Shown here: positions 39,401-48,198 of the stretch, one piece after another
Position numbering within the stretch: position 1 is the stretch's first letter
Layout of the letters: the number at the start of each line of letters is the position of its first letter
Source of the DNA: Azolla caroliniana
Lineage: Eukaryota; Plantae; Polypodiophyta
DNA length: 64,000 nt
Assembly (NCBI GenBank): GCA_043228905.1
Contig: JBHGNT010000001.1
Span: 3,286,001 to 3,350,000 of the forward strand
Direction of reading: 5' to 3'
The notes under the pieces: generated by a model
What the model was told of the DNA's origin: nothing
Seen by the model: the letters and a program-made list of their open reading frames with translations, nothing else
Database searches by the model: none
Position numbers and translations under genes: made by a program

Positions 39401-42400
39401 TATATACATATATAGATATATATGTCTCTTCTACACACCTAAGAATGTAACATCTAGAACCACCTCCAAAAGATCAAACATTGTAGGAAATATCTTTCAT
39501 TCAGACTCAACGGCCATTTTGATCACATATAAACAATAATATTCATTTCTTTGTTTTTATTTTCACGTAACTAAGGATGTAACATCTAGAATCACCTCCC
39601 AAAAATCTCTCCAGTTCAAGATAACTGTTGATTGAGGCAGAAAACCCTCATGGATGATTAGCCAGCATAAAAAAATGGTAATGATAGATATGATAGCACA
39701 TATCTGCAATTCTAATGTGCACAACTAGAATTTGTCATTACTGACAAATACTCGTATAGTCCATTAACGAGATTAATGGCAGCATACTGTAGACTTTTGA
39801 TTGACAAACCTGAATGGATGGTGCAAGCTTTACACTACTTGATTCTTTATCAAGCATTGTCATTGTGTTGAACATTGGAGAACCTGTTTTTGTATCTGCA
39901 TTTACAGCATTTGAAAGCTCCTGTAATGACCTTGCAACTGTTGTACGCAAGGAAGTTTCTATTGACCCTTCAACCTGTATCAAAATCCGTTATGATGGAA
40001 CTTTATGTATAGTACAAGAGATCATTAAGAAACTAGATAGGATTTCATTGATATTACTACTATGAGAATATAGAGATTAGCAACGACTATCCCTTCTAAA
40101 TCAGTGACTAATGATACATAAGGAGACTTTAGCACATGTATGCATTAGTAGATGAGCTCAATGTACCCATATAAATTTATCAGAAACGGGGGAAGAGGAC
40201 CCAGGGCTCTTTAGCAGATTGGCAGAAAATAAACCAATGTTGAAACTGTTTTGACACAGGGCATATTTTGCCACATTATCCTAGTCTATAGGCCGCCCAT
40301 CAGTAAACGCAGTTGTGTGTGTGTGTACTCACAAAGATGAAATTATTGGAAATTAAGAATTTCAGTTTAACACAAAAAATAACAGAAGCTAATTATTGCC
40401 TTTTTCTTGAAATCTTCCCACTTAGCTCGGACATCATTGCTTCCACCTGCACACTTTTGATAAGCTGCAGCAATTGTCTTTTTTATGTTGTTGAAATGAG
40501 TTTTTAGTTGTGCTTGCATGGTTGCACGATGTTCAGTTTGTCGTAAGTCAAACTCTCCTATATCATATATCCTCTTTTTGTCTATGCTTATGAGCCAAGA
40601 TGTACTTATTGCATCACAGATCTGATTTATTTTCTTCTTTGCTATCCTTATCTGCATCACAGTCTCCTCCAGTACATGACACTTGACACGTACATCGCCA
40701 AGGAAATGTTCTAGATCATTTGGAGGATTCAACCATGTCAACTGCAATTGAAATGAAAAACCATTAGACCATCCCCATGAACAGAAGAACAAGTCCTTCC
40801 ACACAAATCACAAAATGCTGAATCTTTTAAAAAACCTCGCTAGAACTATAATTATCAATTCAATCTGGCATTGTCAACCTCTTTGGATCTGATTTTCGAT
40901 AGTATTTTCACAGACCTTGAAACTGATTTAGTGGCTAAAAGAAGCATAAAAAATAACATTTCACCTTCTAGAATACCACAGAACTTGTAAAGTGGAGGAA
41001 AAATAAAGATTGATAAACGTTTCCTAAGAGGCTAAAATGGCCAATGAGACCATTGAGAGGTTACATCCGAAAATGTTGTCACCTTTTGGAGAATAACAAA
41101 CCAAAATAAATATAAACCAAATAGGAGAACTGCCTAAAGTCATTATCCTGCTATATATGGGTGAAGTATTCATATTATTACACAAAAAGCTTTGTCATAT
41201 TTCAATTAAAACCTTTCCAAAAATAAATGTTGATCTGATCCTGTTCTAATAAAATGAACCTTTTCTAATCCTGGATTGATGGAACTGGTTAGATGGGTTA
41301 TGCGATCTGCTACCAAACCCTTTTCCTCTGCATCCACTGCTGACAAAATCTAGATATAACATGAAATGATTTTTCAGACACTTAACAATAATATTTTAGT
41401 GCTCCAAACACTTAGCATGATTTTTCAAACAGTTAAATCATGCATAATTGCTCCAATTTTTAAATATAAATGCAAGTTCACAATCGTTACCTTATTGCAA
41501 TCACGTATAACTAATAATGTGTTTGCTCGTAAGATACGAAGTTCATTCTGTCCTTCTAGAATATCTGAGGCCATTTCTGGTATCTCCCAGCCCATGCGTC
41601 TCCAATAGCGGACCTAATACGTGGAGTCATATCAATCAGGCCTTTACACGATTTGATGTTAATAATAGTACATGTTCAGGAAACAAAAGATTAGCTATCA
41701 ATATTTTCCTGTGTAGGATTTAACTAAACAATCTTTAGCCGCATATCACTATAAAAAAAAGAAACTCTAATACTCTTCCATAATCATCAAGAAGGTTTTC
41801 CTATAAAAACAATTGTAATATATCCCAGGTTCAACTCGGTTTATTTGCAAAAGAACTCTTCAATGAACATTTTTTGTACTTGCAAAATGAATTTTCCCTA
41901 AGATACCAAAACATCATCAACATGCATCTCCTTTGCATGGGTCAGGTCAGACTTTCGGTTTTATCAGAAAAAGGGATATCTTGCAACCGACTATATTATT
42001 GTCAACCTACTTACAATATATAGCAGCCATACAGGTTTTAATTCCGAAAATGATTACTTTCTTGATATATCTCAAAAAATCTAGAGGAGCATATATATAT
42101 ACCCTCATTATTTTAATGTTTCCTGTCTTAAGATAGACATAATAACCTGCACTTAAGTCATTCTAATCCATTTTTCTCGATTTTCACCTGTCTTTGAGGT
42201 TTCATACCAGTACAAAGAACTTGCAGAGGCATGTCTGAAGGCCTCTGTAGAGGGAAATAGATCTGAGGTATTGAACATAACTCAATGATAAACAGTGAAC
42301 TGAATTGAGTGGCTTAATAACTAGATCCCCAAGGAGGTCATCTAATCCTACAATAAACACATTACTAAGATATAAATACATTACCAAACAAGATTATGAT

Positions 42401-45400
42401 GCTCTCGAAATATGCTCCCAAAACAAGATTAACACTCAACCATTCTGCTTTGGTAATATATTAGTCAAGTGTGTATAGGATCAGAAGACTGTCCTGGGTA
42501 TCTAAATATTGAGCCACTCAAGAGTATGACGCTCTCTAAATATGCTCCCAAAACAGGATTGATAATCAACTATTGTACTGACTCTAATAAACCTACCAAT
42601 TACGGAAACAGAAACTCCATCCATGCATTCATGTTTTGTAAAGTGTTCTTGAATGAAGATGAGATAATAAATATGAAATATAGCTCCAATTATTAGAAAT
42701 TAAACCTCATGAGCTACACCAAGAAGTGCTGGATCAAATTTGAGCAAGTATAACCCATTGCCACCATCATCAAGAAGGTTTTTTTCTAGCTTTTTCATTG
42801 CATAAGCATCTATACTGTTTACCCACTCTGTGTGCTGACTCCTGATAAACTGCAAACGACAAACATTAAGTATTAAATACAATCAACTCATATGAATTAC
42901 AAAATATAAAGGGGCTTCCTGTGTGATTTGACAGGAAGATCTTACTTGTTCTATGGAAGAAATTATTTGATTATATTGAGCAAAAATTTCAGATCCTTCT
43001 ACAGTTTCAAGCAAGTAAGGTGCAGCCTTCATTAGGAGCAACATTGGTGCCTTAAGCCTCCGCTGGAATTGCAACGCCCATAAGGCTGCCCCAGCATAAC
43101 GTGGATATGAGTAATCCATCAACGGACGTCTTCGCAATTGGTCAAATTGTTTCCTTATTACACCCAGCTCATTACTGTATGACAAACAAACCTGTGCACA
43201 AAATTGTTATGTAGAAGCTTTACCTCAGGACCTTCATAATGAAAAGGAAAATGAATAGCAATGGAACCCTATTGATCTGTTTGAAAAAAATAAGATTGAT
43301 TCCAGGTTATGTATCATAGAGAACACTATACCTGTTGGCCCATCTGTTCTACACATAAACAAATAGGATATCTGTGTGCCATCAGTTTAAATGCTTCAAT
43401 AAGTTCAATACTCTCTGAAAGAGATGCTGCATGGCGAAAAGCCATAGACATTATGTTTTGCATCATCACCTGAAAATATAAAATTCTTCAAATGCTAGCT
43501 ATTGATAAAAGAAAGTGTAATTCTTGGTCTCTAACTCATGTAATATATTAGCTCCCAAAAAATCAGAATAAACATAATAGACTTCAGGCTGATAAAATCA
43601 TGTACACAACCTCAAGATCCTTTACGCCGTCTTTAAATCTATTGAAATCATCATGCCACTTTGTGACCTTCACATCAAGCAAGCTATAGGGTAGGGTCTT
43701 CAAAACGGATACAAGTTTTTGGAATGTGTCTTGCATCTCTGTTAAAGATTTTGTTATTTCTTTGCCCCGTGTGCCTCCAAATATAGGTAGCTCCAAGGAC
43801 TTTGAGAACTGAATTTGAGAATCACAAACCTGAAAATGAAAGTCGTATATTAGCATGTTCTAAATCGCGAGTAGCAGGAATTTTAAACTCGTTTAAGTAG
43901 CATAGTATGTAACCTCACACCTCCAAAATATCTTGACATCTTTGCAGAAATGATTCCAAAGGTGCAAAAATACTTCTGGTTCCTAGTTCTGACATATGTG
44001 GATGCTCGACATTCCCACTTTCCTCCACTGTTTTCAGACTTGGATTTACATAATGTTCCATCATTGCAGTATATAGATGCTTCCAAGACTCACAAGCTTC
44101 AATGCTTTCTTCTAGAGCAGTTTTGCACTTTTCTACATCACCTTCAAATATCTCCACCAACGGAATTTCAGCACTACACCTATGGATTATCTCATTACTA
44201 ACCTGCAGAAACCCACCTTCAAACCAATAAAAATATGGCATTTTGGGTAAGAAAGTTGTGAGGGGATTTTGCATACCTTACACAGCAAGCCAGTAATCTT
44301 CTCACTGGTATTATAGAAAGGGCTAATTTGCCAAATCATGCGAATCTGTTGAAGCAGCATTGGAAGAAGAATAGGTATTTCACAAACCCTTGCTGCACCT
44401 AACTGTTTACAAGGATCCTCTAAGACAGTCAAAAATTTCAAATTCTCTGCAGCAACAAGCGCTTCATGATCAATCCTATTGGATAAACTCAAAAAAGGCT
44501 GCAAGTACGGTGATTTCACTTGCTCTAAAAATCCAAGGATGGATGCAATTTCCTGTGACATTTTGCAATGGTCAGTTCACATGTATATTTGAAATCAGCG
44601 TACTGCTGATTATCACAATTTTGACTTCGACTCTTACAGGACGGTTTATTTGTTTGTGAATGCCACCCAAATCCAAGCTTCTCTGTCGCCAGAACTCAAT
44701 CTCTTCAAGAGGCCCAGACATCTCCATATCCATCATCCTGTCTTTCCCTCGCACAACCTTTGCAACCAATGCAATTAATTTGTATCAGTGAGCAACATAA
44801 TGTCAACCATTCCTGCCCAAAAGTAAATGAAGGAAAGCAAGAACATACCTCTTTAACCTGACGTGCCCACCGTATAACAATTGATTCGAGTCTTTGCGTC
44901 ATATATTTATCCTTAGATTGATACCCACCACTTAGTGTGACAGGTGGGACATACAATAACGTTTTCCCTTTTGAGTAAGACAGGGATTCAGTTAAGCTGG
45001 CCATAAATCTGTCCACCTCTTCAACAAAATCTTTTGTTGTATTTCCTTGTACATTTCCATCACCCAGCATAACAGGCAAATAAAGTATCTATTCAAAAAC
45101 GAAATTCTGCATCTTTTTATCTCTAAATCTACATGATATGAAAAGAAGGTACAGTTACAATTCTCTTATGAATTCTTTCTACTCAAAACTAGTAGTAAAT
45201 AACCTGCATTAAGCGCAGCATGCACTCTCCAGGGCTTCCTTGCACCACTTCACACTGGATCAGGTTATCAATATTTCCTCCGTTGATTTTCTTATTCGTA
45301 TCTCGAACCATCACAAGCACCTGAAGTATGGATGTGAATCAGACATGATAAGGAAGTGTAACCATTGCATTTGAGGAAAATTAGCTACTTGCCTATACAC

Positions 45401-46564
45401 ATATTGTGATTGAAGAGAGTAGTGAGTAATGCATCCAAGGTGAAATAATTTCATGTGCATAAAGGAGGTAATAAGGACATCTGAAGAAAATTGGTTACAC
45501 TGATGCAAAAGTGAAAATTTTCAAGCATTTTGTTTAAGCTAATGTAAAGGTGCAAAGTATTCCCAAACATTCATCGCACTGAACAAGTCAAATTTAACAA
45601 TGATTTCAAACAATGCAAGTGAGCAGATTAAACTAAAACACGGGCATTTCTCGCAACACTGAGATTCAGACCAAAGTACCTGATTTGAATAAAGTTAGTG
45701 GGAAAATTAAACCAAATTTGGGCATTTCTAAACATATTTGATCAGGTCAAACCACCTGCTGTTCACTGTGCATTTATACTAAATTCGCAAAATTAACCAG
45801 GACGAACTACCTGGTTAACAAATAAAATGAAATGTGAATAGTTCACTAAATTAGGGATTTTCAGAACATATATTGGACAAATAAACAATTCTTGATAATT
45901 GCTAAATGCAGTCATCATTTTTTCGAAAATTGATGAACCCCGATCATTACTTTTTGGAGTATTCATCAGCCCCGTTAACTGAAGAACAGTTATTGGGACG
46001 AGAAAAGAGAGATAGCAAAGGGGAGGGAGAGATTATTAACATCCATGGGAAACCAAATACTGTTTATGGGCCAAGCCAAATACTAGATCACTGCATTTAG
46101 TTTAAGTTCTATTTGTACTTTATTTTATTTTAGTTCTGATGATTGGATAAATACCCATTTTGTTGTAAACCAACTGTCTCATGGGCCAATTTTGGCCTTA
46201 AGAAGACGTTAATATATCTTTCTTTCTTTCTTTCTCACTCAATTTTATGAATTTGATGCTACATTGTTGGAGAGAGAGAGAGAGAGAGAGAAACCTGGTT
46301 CCATTCGGAGGGAAAAGAGAATGAGAGATGGAGTCTATTTCCCGCATCACCCTGGTCATTTGCATGTTCAATGTAGGCGAACATTCTTCCGGAACGATCA
46401 GAATGAATGAATTCATAAGCGATGATGGAATGCTGGGGGGTCCAATTTATACAAGGATGAGCTGCACTAGAGATGAGCTCCATTTTCCTGCGGCACCATG
46501 CCACCTCCGGGCACTCTGTTTCCACCACCAAAGAAGATGAAGAAGGAGAAGCAGGAGATTCCAT
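452..46564 (-). CDS. DNAH2: Axonemal inner-arm dynein heavy chain, I1/f beta type (DNAH2 / Chlamydomonas DHC10-like), about 72 exons
   Basis: Spliced ORFs give the tail, linker, AAA1 P-loop GPAGTGKT ([21 protein letters not shown]...[18 protein letters not shown], ~28640-28830), AAA2 GRTGSGKT (~27090), AAA3 GRVGVGKT (~17075), AAA4 GVGGSGRK (~12945), stalk/MTBD (~8200-10190), AAA5/6 and the C-terminus (...[11 protein letters not shown]...[15 protein letters not shown]). The GGNPLGP and [20 protein letters not shown] motifs match my recollection of the I1-beta class. Exon 1 is 46564-46295, exon 2 is 45320-45204, the last exon is 688-452. The start codon is inferred. Confidence 0.93.
6183..6780 (-). 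mobile_element. Two short LINE 3' termini (6183-6255, 6680-6780) flanking a ~94-bp tandem duplication
   Basis: gatatattaacgacttttaagaggcca and caacgtcttttacgaggccagaatgg. Confidence 0.7.
6493..6675. repeat. Diverged intronic tandem duplication, ~94-bp unit x2
   Basis: tatattgatgacatg..ctgcatt..tatgggagag..atttaca.gattata..gggatca occurs twice. Confidence 0.85.
10341..10745 (-). mobile_element. Two diverged 3'-end LINE copies (10341-10680, 10681-10745)
   Basis: aaagatatattgactttttaagaggccaaaa; gataatggcctttatcttttgatgacaagggtg; a second ttttaagaggccacaatg. Confidence 0.75.
13164..13614. repeat. Diverged intronic tandem duplication, ~235-bp unit x2
   Basis: agttaccactggaaat, ggcatcaagtttggca and gttttgtttctgatattagtt each occur twice in the same order. 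Confidence 0.85.
14255..14672 (+). mobile_element. Internal fragment of the LINE (post-RT thumb region) with an internal deletion and a minisatellite
   Basis: With frameshifts it translates to TLLYGVET.G...[12 protein letters not shown]...ASVP.DII....PIITEALFQ...[19 protein letters not shown]. caaggttggcacttatgtcatcaa is shared with ~35103. Ends in ITTFF-coding sequence. Confidence 0.75.
15040..15310 (+). mobile_element. Diverged LINE fragment (ORF end)
   Basis: cacccttgtcatcaacagataaaag...ccattctggatcaacctattctagagatctttc matches ~35925-36030. Confidence 0.8.
17200..17375 (+). mobile_element. Diverged LINE 3' UTR/terminus
   Basis: cttgagaatcttacatg...ttataggtgattttggcctcttaatgatgttagtatatctc. 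Confidence 0.7.
17560..18300 (-). mobile_element. Old, internally deleted copy of the LINE (RT N-terminal region joined to the C-terminal region)
   Basis: [22 protein letters not shown] at ~18090-18170 resembles the start of a [17 protein letters not shown] and [15 protein letters not shown] correspond to [11 protein letters not shown] and [23 protein letters not shown] lies at 17576-17599. Confidence 0.7.
19119..20144 (-). mobile_element. RTEX-like LINE, 5'-truncated copy (~1.0 kb)
   Basis: Reverse-complement match to 35230-36260, with the CCHC knuckle, QRTITTFF, 3' hairpin and (TTTC)n tail. Confidence 0.88.
20933..21050. repeat. Direct repeat, ~48 bp at ~71-bp spacing
   Basis: caactgtagaca...attaatacccaaaggac.tcttctaagat occurs twice. 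Confidence 0.85.
21707..22094 (-). mobile_element. Copia-like LTR (TG...CA, ~375 bp) followed by a degenerate tRNA-Met PBS
   Basis: Minus strand starts TGAAGAGAC (22094), has a TATATAA, contains a U5-like CGTGGAAAAC...AAAACCACGGG segment (plus-strand reading), ends ...TTCCA (21720), then TGTGCATCAGAG (canonical PBS is TGGTATCAGAG). No coding region follows. Confidence 0.6.
22108..22820 (-). repeat. Gypsy 3' LTR (713 bp), preceded by a polypurine tract at ~22821-22837
   Basis: The minus strand reads GGTTTAGTGGGGGTGGA|TGTCGTGAAG...CCTCGACA, giving TGTCG/CGACA terminal inverted repeats directly after the PPT. Confidence 0.88.
22108..25745 (-). mobile_element. Ty3/Gypsy LTR retrotransposon, 5'-deleted and decayed (RT-RNaseH-integrase, PPT, 3' LTR), inside a dynein intron
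   Basis: Domain order is RT ([12 protein letters not shown]), RNase H (ADMLSR), integrase (H..GH..C..C zinc finger, ADRG, NGKIER, GPY). Five in-frame stops. Visibly more GC-rich than the flanks. No gag, protease or 5' LTR. Confidence 0.93.
25740..26250 (-). mobile_element. Two tandem 3'-end copies of the LINE (26250-25998 more diverged, 25997-25740 less diverged), fused to the Gypsy pol
   Basis: Both carry the aggc[c/t]aaaatggcctataagacc and gatccagaatgg motifs. The second begins in the TTTC tail of the first. Confidence 0.85.
30965..31310 (-). mobile_element. Diverged LINE 3' fragment
   Basis: ccaaaatggcctataaaaccaaacaagag...tgacaagggtgatgaggtcgtggtcc matches the 19119-20144 copy. Confidence 0.8.
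34646..35095 (+). mobile_element. Two short 3'-end copies of the same LINE in tandem (34646-34891, 34892-35095), directly upstream of the long copy
   Basis: ttccattctggatc.acctatg.tagagatctttcgaagacaaaagctacaatatacctaacttgag occurs three times within 34650-36065. The first copy has an internal deletion and the second lacks its 3' terminus. Confidence 0.88.
35096..36260 (+). mobile_element. RTEX-like LINE, 5'-truncated copy: ORF C-terminus, 3' UTR, hairpin and (TTTC)n tail
   Basis: Encodes [37 protein letters not shown] (C-x2-C-x8-H-x4-C), then a basic tail ending LQYT* at 36057. Carries stops and a frameshift. Closely matches 19119-20144. Confidence 0.85.
36326..36385 (-). CDS. 60-nt symmetric (phase 2-2) exon of the dynein gene, encoding [19 protein letters not shown]
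   Basis: atttatgcag|gacatta...atggatag|gtatgg. It fills the gap between ...GWVNKF (37971) and [10 protein letters not shown] (34559). The ORF track does not show it in this frame. Confidence 0.85.
39120..39360 (+). mobile_element. Diverged LINE fragment (ORF end)
   Basis: ggttataattgacgggcaatagcaattt...gcttccctcgctttggagac...gagatctttcaaagacag matches ~35855-36060. Confidence 0.75.
41000..41120 (-). mobile_element. Diverged LINE 3' terminus
   Basis: taagaggctaaaatggccaatgagacc...ggagaataacaaaccaaaataaat. Confidence 0.7.
46176..46235 (+). mobile_element. Minimal LINE-derived insertion (3' hairpin plus TTTC tail) in dynein intron 1
   Basis: gtctcatgggccaattttggccttaagaagacgttaatatatctttctttctttctttc. 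Confidence 0.75.
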
Positions 46565-47290
46565 GGAGACCTAAGGAGAGGAAGAATTTGTGTGTGCGAT
46601 ATATGTCTGTGTGTGGAATTCGAAGAGCAGGACAGGCTTCTTCGTCTTTCTGCTGCTGACAGTTGGGGACAGAGAGAGCTCCTATTCTCGTTGGTCTTCT
46701 TGCACTTTGTTTTTCTCTTTTCAATGAAAAATAAATATAAAGGGGGAAATTTTATCGCTACAATTACCCTTCTTTTCGATCATGAGTTTTGGAAATTCCA
46801 ACAATACCCCCCGACCCTCCTCCATAAGGAAGAGCTTAAGATCGGATGGGCTTTATATATTGTTATTACCCATTTGTATGCACAAGTGATATAACATGAA
46901 GTCCCATGCGGACACTATTTTTGTTTCCTGTACTTTCCTTCTCATGCATATGCAAGAACCTAACTCCACTCCACAATGCATGATTGCATCATATGTGTAC
47001 GTCTGAACTAATGTCCTAATTCATCACACATAGAACACATCGGATATGTGTTTTCCATAACAATGTATTGCATGGCATGGATGCTAACAAGATATTATTA
47101 ACGCTTTCAATGTCGTGAGAGTATAAACACAAAACTATTGGTGCAAAATAACAAAAGTGAAGGCAGTCCATGATCAAATGGAAAGGATGAGAATAGTTCA
47201 TGAAGCCTCCAAGCTCTTGAGCTGAGCAACATCCATATGTAGCATAAAAACACAAAATATAACTTGGTGTCACATGCACATCCAATCGTG

Positions 47291-47315
47291 GAGAGAGAGA
47301 GAGAGAGAGAGAGAG
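47291..47315. repeat. (GA)n microsatellite; similar tracts at 46270-46290 (GA), 58922-58950 (CT) and 57750-57781 (CTTCT)
   Basis: Directly visible simple repeats, all near gene 5' ends. Confidence 0.95.
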
Positions 47316-48198
47316 GCCATTCATAGGAATCACTTTGTCAAGCATGTTCTATATAATTATACTTTGGATGTTCATGAGCACATTATATTCATTCACTCAT
47401 TCACCTAGCCTTGAGTGAGTGTTAGACACAACTAGGTGTAGTATCAATCCTTACAAAACTTGACCATTTTCATAAAATGCGAACGTGCGTCGTGAACAAT
47501 AAATGACTCACATAACATTGTGCCCCGATTGAGCCCTAAGAACCAATAATACAATGTCATGAGTCATGACATACTTTCTTCATATTTATTGTGATGCCCC
47601 TCTTAGGAAATTACATTTTCTCAATCTACACGCATGCCAATGACAAAACCAAACTCAATGAGTCAATCCATGATAGCAAACACCATGTAAGGATAGATGT
47701 AGTCCAATTATATGACTATGATGTGAATAACCACACCAAACAGGGCATAAGCTACCGTTCAAGCACATGAACCTACACATGCATGGTACAAACATTGTTG
47801 GGCAGTGAAAACAGGTCATAGTTCCCTCTACGAATCAATCAATAATCAATTCGATCAAACAGAGTAGGCAGAATCCAATCCCACAAAGCTTATATGAGCA
47901 AAATCCAAATAGAAACATGTTCATAGGAACTCACCCCTTATTCGCAAATAAGAGATGTGCTACATTAATCCTAATTCCATCTCAAGCAGGGGTAGCTTAC
48001 GGAGCCTTGAACCGGAGCTATTGTGATGGAGCTTTTGGAAAGTATGTATCGATGGATGAAGACGCCCTGCTTTGAGAATGATCGTCCTTTCAGAAATGAA
48101 CCAGATTCTTGAACATGGTTACGGTAAGCATTTATCGATGGATGAAGGAACTCTAGAGAGAATAATCAACTTCTTAGAAATGAATAAAGGAAGCATTG

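Noticed and set aside
46565-48198. Shared bidirectional promoter or DUO1/MYB sites between the dynein and PPR genes
   Set aside because: The head-to-head layout is real, but I saw only an isolated 5-bp AACCG match (~48010), which is expected by chance. There is no evidence of co-regulation.
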